From Pecten maximus (taxonomy: Eukaryota), in NCBI RefSeq assembly GCF_902652985.1, contig NC_047023.1, forward strand, positions 32,488,001 to 32,552,000: a stretch of 64,000 bases of DNA. Reading direction: 5' to 3'. The number at the start of each line of letters is the position of its first letter. Position 1 is the first letter of the stretch. Shown here in pieces: positions 42,201 through 55,055 of the stretch. Below the pieces are notes generated by a model. It was given only the letters and a program-made list of their open reading frames with translations, ran no database searches and was not told the origin of the DNA. A program made the translations under genes and the position numbers.

Positions 42201-44347
42201 TATACATTGTATGTGGTTTTACAAGTTATTAACGATTCTCATGTACGAGTATACTGCGAAATTGTTATCATATATATATAGTGTCCTTTTATTTTCGCTG
42301 TCAGTGCCCGTGTTTTAATCTGAGAGCTTGGCATCAGCTGTTTTTGACGAATATTTACATTAAGAGTGGAATGAATGGAACAGAAGGCACTTTCCATCTT
42401 AGAACACACGGTCTTATAATATGTATACGTTGTTAGGCTGTCCTGCAGGTAAGTGATCTTTAGAGGCGACTAAATTTAAGACCTTTATCTTCGTTCACGC
42501 CCCATTGATTCTGCCTCACTTTTGTTATATAGTTAAATTAAACTTAATCAAAACTAATTAAAAACTAATGCATGACACATTCTAGCAACACATCCAATAC
42601 ACGTCACTTATCCATTGTTCACAAACACATTCCTTAAATCCTTCATCGGGTCACTTCTGAACTTTATAGGTTTCTTATTCATATGCCATGCATAATAGGT
42701 TTATTATAAACTGTAAACGATGTACAATATATGAACCAATCACAATATCAATATCAACAAATTGTAGAATTTAAGAATGACCTAGGTAGGATTGAAAAAC
42801 AACAACATATAGATGTACTTGTTCACACGATTGTTGGTTTTCTTAGAAACGGTCACTTAGGCGAATAAAAAATTGAACTGTTTTAAAAACAAACGCACTG
42901 TCATCTTTAGATAATTCATTATTTCCACACAATATCAAGTTTAGGCGTACAGGCTGATGGTGTAACAGCTGATCAAACATTTCACGTTTAATATTTATGT
43001 AATTTGGACATTAGACAAAGTATTGACAAGACGTTTTACTCACTTTATCGTAGGTATCCATGACGTGAATACACATTTCTGTTCCGTCTATGTCTTCATG
43101 CTTTGTATAGGTGTCCTCTGTAACAACAACGGTGCCATAGGTTCAAACGATTATTATGGTGGCTATCAACACATTTTTTACTTGTTTGTTTGTTTTTGTT
43201 TTTGTTTTTTTGTTTATTGGTTTTTTTTTTCGTTTTTCCATCCGAGGAAGCGAATTTGTGCCATCACAAGACGAAAAGAAATCTCCTTTCTTAGCCATAA
43301 TCTAGCGAGTTATTCATGATATTTTTATATGCATTAGGCGTTTAATTATTTCGATAAAGCATTGTGTAATTTAACTTGGTGCTGTGTGAAATGCACGACA
43401 TTATTTTCGTAGTGACAAAGCACAAAAAGGCACCACGAAAGTTGACTTGAATATATATATACATATATATCTGAATGACGTCTAGCTAACATATAACATG
43501 TGCACCATGATAATTTTTCGATTGTTCATTACAATGTTTAGTTTATAAGCTTTTATAAAGTCCTTGCTGAAGAAGAGTTTCAATGGAAATAGAGGAAATA
43601 ATAAGTTGATATACTTACCAATGTTGGGGTCATACTCCATGATGGACCGTTGTGTTCTGTACTTACCGATGTTGGGGTCATACTCCATGATGAACCGTCG
43701 TGTTCTGTACTTACCGATGTTGGGGTCATACTCCATGATGAACCGTCGTGTTCTGTACTTACCGATGTTGGGGTCATACTCCATGATGAACCGTCGTGTT
43801 CTGTACTTACCAATGTTGGGGTCATACTCCATGATGGACCGTCGTGTTCTGTACTTACCAATGTTGGGATCATACTCCATGATGGACCGTCGTGTTCTGT
43901 ACTTACCAATGTTGGGGTCATACTCCACGATGAACCGTCGTGTTCTGTACTTACCGATGTTGGGGTCATACTCCATGATGAACCGTCGTGTTCTGTACTT
44001 ACCGATGTTGGGGTCATACTCCATGATGAACCGTCGTGTTCTGTACTTACCAATATTGGGGTCATACTCCATGATGAACCGTCGTGTTCTGTACTTACCA
44101 ATGTTGGGGTCATACTCCATGATGAACCGTCGTGTTCTGTACTTACCAATGTTGGAGTCATACTCCACGATGAACCTTCGTGTTCTGTACTTACCAATGT
44201 TGGGGTCATACTCCATGATGAACCGTCGTGTTCTGTACTTACCAATGTTGGGGTCATACTCCATGATGAACCGTCGTGTTCTGTACTTACCAATGTTGGG
44301 GTCATACTCCATGATGAACCGCCGTGTTATGTACTTCACTGTTAGAG
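39216..44347 (-). CDS. RASL12: Ras-like protein family member 12-like small GTPase (5'-partial; G1/P-loop exon not found)
   Basis: Phase-consistent exons: 44347-44291 (ALTVKYITRRFIMEYDPNI), 43117-43044 (EDTYTKHEDIDGTEMCIHVMDTYDK), 42052-41865 (...YLRWADGFMVVY...LVGNKIDLERYR) and 39528-39216 (...FFETTAAEEFEYV...PLFISEE...FKIFN*). EYDPN-EDTY, the DTxD-type G3, PLFISEE and terminal FKIF with no CAAX all match RASL12 as I recall it. Confidence 0.9.
40235..40587. mobile_element. Non-autonomous Kolobok-type DNA transposon
   Basis: 16-bp TIR AGGGGCAT(G/T)CCTTCGT with a TTAA target duplication at 40231-40234 and 40588-40591. Confidence 0.85.
43611..44338 (-). repeat. 48-bp minisatellite (15 copies) made of the RASL12 exon 3' end plus its 5' splice site
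   Basis: Sense unit GTAAGTACAGAACACGACGGTTCATCATGGAGTATGACCCCAACATTG; possible exon ends at 44291 - 48n, down to 43619. Confidence 0.97.
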
Positions 44348-45592
44348 CTACAAAGGAGAGAAACAAGAGTCAAGAAACTGTCAAACGAGACAAAATACCA
44401 CAACAGGGTAGATGTTTAAATACAGGATGGCATGGAAACACAAAGCCAGAACCGTCAACTCCCTGTTTGGCCAGTACAAGACAAAGTGCATTGATAAGGT
44501 CACTGAACAGCGTCATTTTGACCTTTCTTCCCTCGCTTCATTCAACGAGGAATCAACTTAGGACGCAAACATTACGATATCCCAGAAATGTCAGTTGACA
44601 TTGGCGATATAGACATACATGTTACAGTCTAGGTGGTCATATCGTAGTGTGTTTAGTTAGCCCCATTGTAATACAGATATTTTAGACGGGCTACATCAAT
44701 ATTCGACAAAAAGGAAAACCCTCTCTTGGAGCTATACGGGTTTTATTTTTACCGAATGTTCATATAACCCCCTAAATATGTCTCAGAATAATCTAAACAC
44801 ACTAAGATAGTCCAAATAACATTGGCAAACACATTTTTAAGCCTCTGAAAGAAACTGTTTACCATTTCTGACATGGTAATAGTACACATAACAAAGCCCG
44901 AAAGGTAAATATGCTTTGATCGTACATTCCGATAACATTATATCTAATACCTTCAATTATTTGGAAAAATATACATGTATATATGTCCCAAGAAACCTTT
45001 GTCAATTTGAAAGTTGTGAAAATATTTAAAAAGAAAAAAAACAATCTGAACCGTATCGAACGGTTAACGTCAAATTATATTTATCATCAATATGACTGTA
45101 ATTGAGAGATATACAGGGAGCTGTAACTGTACAGCTATGTAATAGGCTCAACTGCTATCCCTTACATGCTTCCTACACGCACGTATGCGATAACATCATA
45201 TTCGAAGGAATGGCACAGACACTTTCTTGTTTTTCATTATGTTTGTGAACGAATGTTTCTTTGTCCTTGTAGGTATGTTTGGCATAGACTTTAAGTTACG
45301 TAAGTAATATCTCAAAACTATCTCTAGAGAAGCGTTACGGCTGCAAAGGTTGCCAGCACTCCGGTATCACCGACCTTGGATGCTTTTTACGTATGTAGCT
45401 GTGTGTTACACGTACAGTTTTCATGTTACACATGAACAAAATAAGCTGGGCTATTTACTCGTGTAAACGTGTGTTACATGTACAGAGCTGTATGTTACAT
45501 ATGCTGATATGAGTTACACGTGTAAATGTCTGTTCCACATGTGTACTTAATGTTTTATTGTAAAAAAATACAGATGTATTATTAATAATGAG

Positions 45593-45985
45593 TAACACGT
45601 ATGACAATGCTTTCCACCTGTATACTTTGTTGTATGGATAACACGAATGACAATGATTTACACCTGTATACTTTGTTGTATGGATAATACGTATGACAAT
45701 GATTTACACCTGTATACTTTGTTCTATAGTTACACGTATGACAATGATTTACACCTGTATACTTTGTTGTATGGATAACACGTATGGCAATGCTTCAATC
45801 TTGTATTGCAGTGTATCGTAGAGGAACGGAAATAACAAGTCTAATTTTAATTAGATTGGACAATGGTTCACACCTGTATACTGATAGTAGTTGTATGCGT
45901 TACACGTATGACAATGCTTTACACCTGTATATTTTGTTGTATAGTTACACGTATGACAATGTTTTCCACCTGTATAATCAGTTGT
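45593..45985. repeat. 46-bp tandem repeat interrupted by a MITE fragment (45796-45858)
   Basis: acacgtatgacaatg.tttacacctgtatactttgttgtatggata, ~7 copies. Confidence 0.85.
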
Positions 45986-46321
45986 GTTAATAGTTGTAAC
46001 CGTGTGATTACACTAATTAATGATCGAGTATGCATATTATAGGTTTCATGTTTTAGAGAATGGAAGCAGTGCTGTTCCACTTTGCTATCCTTTGTTTGCT
46101 CTCTTAGATGGGTTTTCCTAATAGACATACCTCTTTACCATTTTTCACACTTAATAATTGAACAATTTTGAATACAGGTGGCTTTTTCCTGAGCTACTGA
46201 AATTTAAAACAAATCATAGAAATGAAATGCGTCCTTTTCTTCAGATGGGGAGTTACACTGTTTACAATATCTACGTACATAATGCACTCTATATTATTAT
46301 AATTTCCTGATTCTATTGCCA

Positions 46322-49300
46322 TTTGTAATACTGTTTTTACTTCCTTTGTTATACTGTTTTTACTTCCTTTGTAATACTGTTTTTATCTTCTTTGTAATAC
46401 TGTTTTTATTTCCTTTGTAATACTGTTTTATCCCCTTTGTAATACTGGTTTTATTTCCTTTGTAATACTGTTTTTACCTCCTTTGTAATACTGTTTTTAG
46501 CTCCTTTATAATACTGTTTTTATCCCCTTTGTAATACTGTTTTTATCCCCTTTGTAATACTGTTTTTATTTCCTTTGTGATAATGTTTTTACCTCCTTTG
46601 TAATACTGTTTTTATCCCCTTTGTAATACTGTTTTTACCCCCTTTGTAATACTGGTTTTATTTCCTTTGTTATACTGTTTTTATCTTCTTTGTAATACTG
46701 TTTTCACTTCCTTTGTAATAATGTTTTTACCTCCTTTGTAATACTGTTCTTACCCCATTTGTAATACTGGTTTTATTTCCTTTGTAATACTGTTTTACCT
46801 CCTTTGTAATACTGTTTTTATCTTCTTTGTAATACTGGTTTTATTTCTTTTGTAATACTGTTTTTATTTCCTTTGTAATACTGTTTTTATCCCCTTTGTA
46901 ATACTGGTTTTATTTCCTTTGTAATACTGTTTTTATTTCCTTTGTAATACTGTTTTTATCCCCTTTGTAATACTGTTTTTATCCCCTTTGTAATACTGTT
47001 TTCACTTCCTTTGTAATAATGTTTTTATCCCCTTTGTAATACTGTTTTTATCCCCTTTGTAATACTGTTTTACCTCCTTTGTAATACTGTTTTTATCCCC
47101 TTTGTGATACTGTTTTTATCCCCTTTGTAATACTGTTTTTATCCCCTTTGTAATACTGTTTTTATCCCCTTTGTAATACTGTTTTTATCCCCTTTGTAAT
47201 ACTGTTTTTATTTCCTTTGTAATACTGTTTTTATCTTCTTTGTAATACTGTTTTTACCCCCTTTGTAATACTGTTTTTACCTCCTTTGTAATACTGTTTT
47301 TATCCCCTTTGTAATACTGTTTTTACCTCCTTTGTAATACTGTTTTTACCCTTTGTAATACTGTTTTTACTTCCTTTGTAATACTGTTTTATTCCCTTTG
47401 TAATACTGTTTTTACTTCCTTTGTAATACTGTTTTTATCCCCTTTGTAATGTTTTAACCTCCTTTGTAATACTGTTTTTATCCTTTAATATGTTTATCTC
47501 TTTGTAATACTGTTTTAGCCCCCTTTGTAATACTGTTTTTTACCTCCTTTGTAATACTGTTTTTACCTCCTTTGTAATACTGTTTTACTTCCTTTGTAAT
47601 ACTGTTTTTACCTCCTTTGTAATACTGTTTTACTTCCTTTGTAATACTGTTTTTACCTCCTTTGTAATACTGTTTTTACTTCCTTTGTAATACCGTTTTT
47701 ACCCCTTTGTAATACTGTTTTTACATCCTTTGTAATACTGTTTTTACTTCCTTTGTAATACTGTTTTTACCCCATTTGTAATACTGTTTTTATCCCCTTT
47801 GTAATACTGTTTTTATCCCCTTTGTAATACTGGTTTTATTTCCTTTGTAATACTGTTTTTATCCCCTTTGTAATACTGTTTTTATCCCCTTTGTAATACT
47901 GTTTTTATCCCCTTTGTAATACTGGTTTTATTTCCTTTGTAATACTGTTTTTATCCCCTTTGAAATACTGTTTTTATCCCCTTTGAAATACTGTTTTTAT
48001 CCCCTTTGTAATACTGTTTTTATCCCCTTTGAAATACTGTTTTTATCCCCTTTGTAATACTGTTTTTATCCCCTTTGTAATACTGTTTTTATCCCCTTTG
48101 TAATACTGTTTTTATCCCCTTTGTAATACTGTTTTTATCTTCTTTGTAATACTGTTTTTATCTTCTTTGTAATACTGTTTTTATCCCCTTTGTAATACTG
48201 GTTTTATTTCCTTTGTAATACTGTTTTTATCCCCTTTGTAATACTGTTTTTTATCCCCTTTGTAATACTGTTTTTTATCCCCTTTGTAATACTGTTTTTA
48301 TCCCCTTTGTAATACTGTTTTACCTCTTTGTAATACTGGTTTTATTTCCTTTGTAATACTGTTTTTATCCCCTTTGTAATACTGTTTTACCTCTTTGTAA
48401 TACTGGTTTTATTTCCTTTGTAATACTGTTTTTACCTCCTTTTTAATACTGTTTTTATCCCCTTTGTAATACTGTTTTTATCCCCTTTGTAATACTGGTT
48501 TTATCCCCTTTATAATACTGTTTTTATCCCCTTTGTAATACTGTTTTTATCCCCTTTGTAATACTGGTTTTATTTCCTTTGTAATACTGTTTTATCCCCT
48601 TTGTAATACTGGTTTTATCCCCTTTGTAATACTGTTTTTATCTTCTTTGTAATACTGGTTTTATTTCCTTTGTAATACTGTTTTTATTTCCTTTGTAATA
48701 CTGTTTTTAACCCCTTTATAATACTGTTTTGATCCCCTTTGTAATACTGGTTTTATTTCCTTTGTAATACTGGTTTTATTTCCTTTATAATACTGGTTTT
48801 ATTTCCTTTGTAATACTGTTTTTATCCCCTTTGTAATACTGGTTTTATTTCCTTTGTAATACTGGTTTTATTTCCTTTGTAATACTGGTTTTATTTCCTT
48901 TGTAATACTGTTTTTATCCCCTTTGTGATACTGTTTTTATCCCCTTTGTAATACTGTTTTCATCCCCTTTGTAATACTGGTTTTATTTCCTTTGTAATAC
49001 TGTTTTTATCCCCTTTATAATACTGTTTTTATCCCCTTTGTGATACTGTTTTTATCCCCTTTGTAATACTGTTTTTATCCCCTTTGTAATACTGGTTTTA
49101 TTTCCTTTGTAATACTGGTTTTATTTCCTTTGTAATACTGGTTTTATTTCCTTTGTAATACTGTTTTTATCCCCTTTGTAATACTGTTTTTATCCCCTTT
49201 GTAATACTGGTTTTATTTCCTTTGTAATACTGTTTTTACTTCCTTAGTAATACTGGTTTTATTTCCTGTGTAATACTTTATTTAACAGGTATGTCCTTTG

Positions 49301-49330
49301 TAAATACTGTCTTTATTTCCGTTGCGATAC
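46322..49330. repeat. ~3-kb 23-bp minisatellite (~130 copies)
   Basis: Unit GTAATACTGTTTTTATCCCCTTT, with recurring variants such as GTAATACTGGTTTTATTTCCTTT. Confidence 0.98.
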
Positions 49331-49739
49331 TGATTTTTATCATTGCGTAATCTTTCACATTTGAAAGAAACAACGACTACAACTCTAGGGTTTATTCAGC
49401 ATCTACAGTTCAATACTTTTATTATTTATCAAGGATACCTTGGAGGCCTTCAGTAGTTTGAGAAATTAGTACTAAATCATCACCATATAGCAATACAATC
49501 ATGACTACCCTTGCAGTTCTGTATGAAATATTATTCAAAATCATTTATATACAGAGAAAAATATCGGTGGCAAAATTTCACCCTGTAATAATCCAACTTA
49601 TATTAAGGGGATAAATCAGATCATTATCCTAGATTTAACGTGAGAATATATGAGCTTTACAACGTCTATGATCTTCGTCTTTTTCAAGGTTTGATAGCAT
49701 AAACCATAATTTTGTTCTATTAATCTTATTAAAGGTTTT

Positions 49740-50400
49740 GCGAAAATTCACAAAGCAGCAATACAATTCGTTTTCACTTTAATCCAAATGCTGATTACAC
49801 AATTCTAATTACATAAGTAATATGATGATATACAAAAATACATAACGGTTCAACAATAGTAGGGTATCAGATTATACTGTCACTCCTCTCAGTCCTAATG
49901 ACTGTTTTACGAATAGACAAGTTCTTTGTTTGACCCCACAGTTAAAACATGACAAAATGGTAACAAAATTTTCATCTTCTGACACATCTAATTTCATTTT
50001 ATCCAGACACATTTCTCTAATTTGATCATATAAAGGATATTTACATAAAAGAGTGGATTTCGTTTTCAATAACATTACAAACTTTACAGTCTTAAGTGCG
50101 AAATTCCTGTTTCATTGTCTTATACATAGTTTATTATCTTCATTAAGAGATATAATTTTATCAGTAAATAACTATGCGTGTCTTAGGACTGAATCCTTAA
50201 TTACTTTCTTAGTTTTACTTTTTATTGTGCTATAAGGACATACAAGCCTTTTTGAAATCATTTATTTGATAAGTTCGTGTAGCATCACTTATGAAGGTAT
50301 ACCAGCAATAATTGGTATCATGCAAATGTTTATTTAAAGATAGTGCTTCTTTAACCAGCGGATTTATTGGCAAAATACTTTGAGATATTCTAGACAAGTA
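49740..50400 (-). mobile_element. Old 5'-truncated LINE fragment (RT C-terminus and 3' UTR)
   Basis: The minus strand encodes a broken H-x-L-x-x-(C)PLYDQIR C-terminal zinc-knuckle region followed by ..CLFVKQSLGLR*, typical of non-LTR ORF2 ends. Confidence 0.5.
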
Positions 50401-50538
50401 ATAACAATAAAATGATTAGATGTGGTAGAATATAAACAAGAATATTAACCTCAGTCACTTCCTTTATACGAGATAGTCTAGATATTCCAGCTTCGGGCTA
50501 GATCCTGCATTTAACATTGCATCTGTTTAGTTGCGCAG

Positions 50539-50642
50539 CATTCTAATTAAAATCAAATCTTGATCTGCGATCCCGTTTTGTAAACAACAATCCGCTACGT
50601 CGAAACGGGAGCTTAGATCAAAATTTAATTTTGATGAGATTG
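50539..50642. mobile_element. Palindromic MITE with CAATCT-type termini and ~9-bp TSD
   Basis: cattctaattaaaatcaaatcttgatct...agatcaaaatttaattttgatgagattg; flanks GTTGCGCAG / GTTGCACAA. Confidence 0.6.
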
Positions 50643-53600
50643 GTTGCACAATGCTTTTTAATATTTTGTTTTCAAAAAGGGGTTTGTCATATAATCAGGA
50701 AACTCTTCTCGTATCTGTAAAAGTAATAAACTGATATAACGAGACTAGCAAGCAATGCCGACTAGATTTGTGTTTATGTTACAAGTTCCGGTATAACAAC
50801 GGAATGCCACGTTCTCTTCCCTATCTTTCACTATCGCTAAAGTTTCCCGTGTATTCCTGGACAGAAATGTGCCGGAATCTCTCTCCACACTGCAAGATTA
50901 ATGTTTCTGAAAATGGGAGAACATAAATCGAGACTATTTTAGCTGAAGGTCTCTCCTAAAAGACGACGGGGGTCCTCGGCCTTTATCATAATGTATCAGA
51001 TACGAGAACCAGTTGTAGACTTCCGAAAGGGTTGATATGATCTCTGTGTAAATACGAGAGATAAGGGTGAACTATTAACTGGTCCGTATTTTGATACATT
51101 AGCATGTATTTCATCCATGACTCAATGCGAATTTGAAATTGAAAATTTACTGTATAATGAACGTTCTATATATCAATTTTAATTAATAATTAGAATCTGG
51201 TTTGAATAAGAAACCTAACGGCGAATAATCGTATACAATCAAGTTGTCGTCACACTTACCGTCCTCTTACCTGCTGTGATTTCTTTTGTTTGGCGTCTCA
51301 TAGATTTTTTGTACGCATATGTTATTCCGAATAATTGCTATATGGATGATTTTTCAAGGTCATGGTGTTTTTTTTCTCTCTCTCTCTCTAAAGCAAGAGG
51401 CATACAGCTAGAGACATACATCATTTAGACGAATTACGTGTACAACAGAAGAATTACATTAAGTAGTTGGGATTCTAAGCAAGTTAAATGAACTGGTTAT
51501 AACCTTTGTCAGGGATTCAACTTTAATTATGCCAATGTAGTTTAAGGTTGACCGGTCATATTTTCCTAAGTTATTTTATACGTGCAGTGCAACTTGTCAC
51601 AACCGGTCGTTCTCAAAACCAATCACCTCTTGATACCGATCGAAATGGCGATGTACCTAAATGACCTTTCTTATTATAGTAATAAACAACTTTCAGACGC
51701 CGATCCCTCTGAATTCCGATTACCGAACGGATTTTGTGTCCGGAATGGTTAGAATTTGAAATGTATGTACGATTGCATTATATAGTATGATATGATTCAG
51801 GTTAAACTGAATAGTAGGTGCACCCGTTCCCCTCCCTACGAACCCCCTTGAATAATAGATTTATAATGAAGATTTACTGGTATGATTAACACATTCTTTG
51901 TTTAAAATATGCACTATTCTATTTTGGTTTTATTTTGTACATTCATCATGACAAATTGATACTCTTCACCTGCGGGTATCACTAGATAAACCGTGATATC
52001 ATTTACGGCTGATAAATATTATGGGATAGATAACTAACACGTTATTCACCTCTTTAAAGATATTGGGTTAAACATCTCAGGCTGGCCGTGAGTTTTACTA
52101 CGTTTGTCAGCCGCTAACTAATGTGTTTCCTAAAATAAGATTGAAAAACAGTGTAAATGTGTCATTTCTTTTAAAATATATCTACTGGCAAAACACATCC
52201 GAGGAGTGGTTTAAGAACCTACAAGTTGTATCTGGGATCCTCGATATTCGTCGCGACATTCTGTGGTTACGTTCAATTTCGTTCTCTCCACCCCTGGTAT
52301 TTGTCATGATATAATCGAAGGCACATAACTTTTTGTTTAATTGGTATCAAGGGAAACCCTGACTAATTGATCACAGAGGAGCATCAACTGGGGTTATTAA
52401 TGCCTCTTAATATAACGGTATAGCGACAATGTCGTTTTCTTCAAACCAATTTGTATCCGCAATATGGCACTTACTTCAATTTTGCCATGCTAGCTGAGTA
52501 GACTGGCCCATGTCGCTAGAATATTAAAATTATAAATATGTTTCAGCTTTACTATTTTGATATCTAGGGTATGTCTAACTCTGATTTTATATTTCAAACC
52601 AGGGGAAGATAATCTAGTATTATAATTTAGCCGTGTAATTCTTTACAAAAATGTAGCAGCGGGTGGCCAGTCTAATTCCTGGAGTGTAGAGAGCGATGGT
52701 GAACGTAACCTCTGGAGCACCGAGGATGTGTATCGCTAAATCACTATGAAATTCCCTCTATAGGTCGCTATTTTTTTCATTCTGTAAAGATCACGTACAG
52801 ACGAACTTATAATCGAACTTATGAATTATAGTCAAACTTATGATTTATTACCGTGAAATATGTACACGTATTCCTATTCTCTTTTTAGGTTTAGGTATTC
52901 TAATTGTTAGCATGGAAATGACTAGACTTATATCAAGTGATACTCACTTTTCCCCTAAATCACAGGGCAAGAAAGTTTAGATTCACAGATACATGGAGTA
53001 ATTTTCAATATTATCAGCATCCTCGTTAAAATGCCAACGTGAAAATAGGTGCCATTATAGCAAATATGATCATGATTAGATTGTGCATGTATTGCAGGGT
53101 ATAGTAGAGAATCGTAGACGATTGGACTTTTTGGTTCTGTATTGTTAACGTCTCATCAACAGCTATGGCCATTTTAGGTCCGTAGAATTTGGGAAATTAG
53201 AAGACTATTTTTTATAAGATTGACACTGTAACGAGGGTAGCTGTTGTATTACTTGAAAGTGCAAATGATTTAATTTGGCAATTTACGTGTCGCGGGTTTC
53301 CAAATGAGGTTTACAAGGGGTGATGATCAGATATATATTGCTTTCTCGGCATTTCGAAAATGTTGCCGATGGGGGTTACAAGGGGTGATGTTCAGATGTA
53401 TAGCTTTCTCGGTATTTCAATAGTGTTGCTATATGTTCAGATTTAATGACGTGATATAAATCTCAAAAGACATGACCCAGCCAGATAATTTAATTAAAAA
53501 TTACCCCCAGCCAGTTGATGTTTCAGTAATTATGAAATGTTCCCTTCAAATTCGAACTCTTGGCTGTCAGTGTTAATGAAAAAATAAAAATGTCTTCCGA

Positions 53601-54479
53601 TATTACATAAGCTTTTAATGGACGTTATCAAGTGCTCCGACTATGTTTCATTTCAAAGCAGGCGCATTCGGTAACGAAGAAGCCTTAGGAACACACCTCC
53701 GTTATAATTTGCTTTAACATTGGTGCATTCTTCATAGAAAGTACGGCTATATGTTTATATATGAGATGCAAATCTTTAAATATTGGCCCGAGGAAGATAT
53801 GCGGAAAGACGTCATTGCAAATTAAATTTGATATTGAACTAGCAAATTAAATAATTATATAAATCCCGTGTTAAGACAATGCGCGTGAGTTTCGTTTCAG
53901 TTAAGTGCAGACGACATCATTCCACTGAATGTTTATGTTTCAACACATTTATTGGTGTTTAAAGTAATTATGTTGAAATTAGCATAGGTGATGTCTGGTT
54001 ATATTGACCCAAATTGCCATTTCATAGTTATAATAATTCCTACATTTACATTTGTTCTTTCTTGCACAATTTTCAGTCATGTAATATAAAAAAGGGCGGT
54101 ATTTTTTTTGTTGTTGTTCAGTTTTCAAAATTGACTGAAATGGTACAGCAATGTAAGTATAAGTATTAAACAGTGGTTTGATGTTGTTATTGTCGATATG
54201 GCAGCAATATGTATAGTAAGGGGGGGGGGGGGAGCAAATGCCATGGGAATCATAACGGGTAACGGGTTCTCATGGCATTTGCTCAACATACATCTTGCAG
54301 TCATAACGACTATGACAAGATTAAAAACCACTGTCCATTGCTTAGATATATATTCAACATATGCTATAGCACAGACAGAATAGCGTGATCGATTGACCAC
54401 TGGTCAAAGACACTTTGTTTGGGCGGTAGTTGATCAGAAATAGGGTTGGGAATTTGAGTTTATAATTATATATATATCT

Positions 54480-54595
54480 TGTTATGGGATTGAACCGGAG
54501 TACCCGGAGAAATCTCATGTGGTCGGGCATGTGACCCCATACTTTTCCACGTTCATTCGGAGAATTGCATGGTGAAAGGTGTGGCTACCACTTCA
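54480..54595 (-). mobile_element. V-domain-like SINE fragment
   Basis: The minus strand contains TTTCTCCGGGTACTCCGGTT, the conserved V-SINE core. Confidence 0.55.
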
Positions 54596-54919
54596 ATCAA
54601 TAATCAGGACGTTCAATTTTAATTTACTCCTTTAAAATGAACATTACTGGCTCTTTGTTTCCAATAAGAAGATTGGTATTGCTTCACCATCAATGGTGGG
54701 CGGTCTTTTAAATACGTATATTTAAATGTGACTGATAGAATTCGCGGTATTTTCATTATTTGGAAATTTTAACAGGTTGCTTTCATGAAATGGAGAGATA
54801 TAAAACATGACGATTGATTTTGAAACTTAAACTTTTGTTTATAAAAGGGAGGTTGGCATCATATTATTTGGAAACATGTATTATCTTTTGAACTTGAAAA
54901 AGACAGTAACATTTCAGTT

Positions 54920-55055
54920 CAATCTAATTAAAATTTAGACTTGTAATTTCCACTCATCTACAATACTCTTCGATACACTTCAATACAAGTATTGCAGTGT
55001 ATCGTAGAGTATCGTAGATGAATGGAAATTACAAGTCTAAATTTTAATTAGATTG
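54920..55055. mobile_element. 136-bp fold-back MITE with 9-10-bp TSD (Mutator-like)
   Basis: Arms CAATCTAATTAAAATTTAGACTTGTAATTTCCA... pair nearly to the centre; flanks CATTTCAGTT / TATTTCAGTT. Confidence 0.85.

Noticed and set aside
43564-44598. Long repetitive ORFs on the + strand and in other frames; CRISPR-like periodicity
   Set aside because: By-products of a 48-bp tandem repeat; no unique spacers, no cas genes, and a eukaryotic context.
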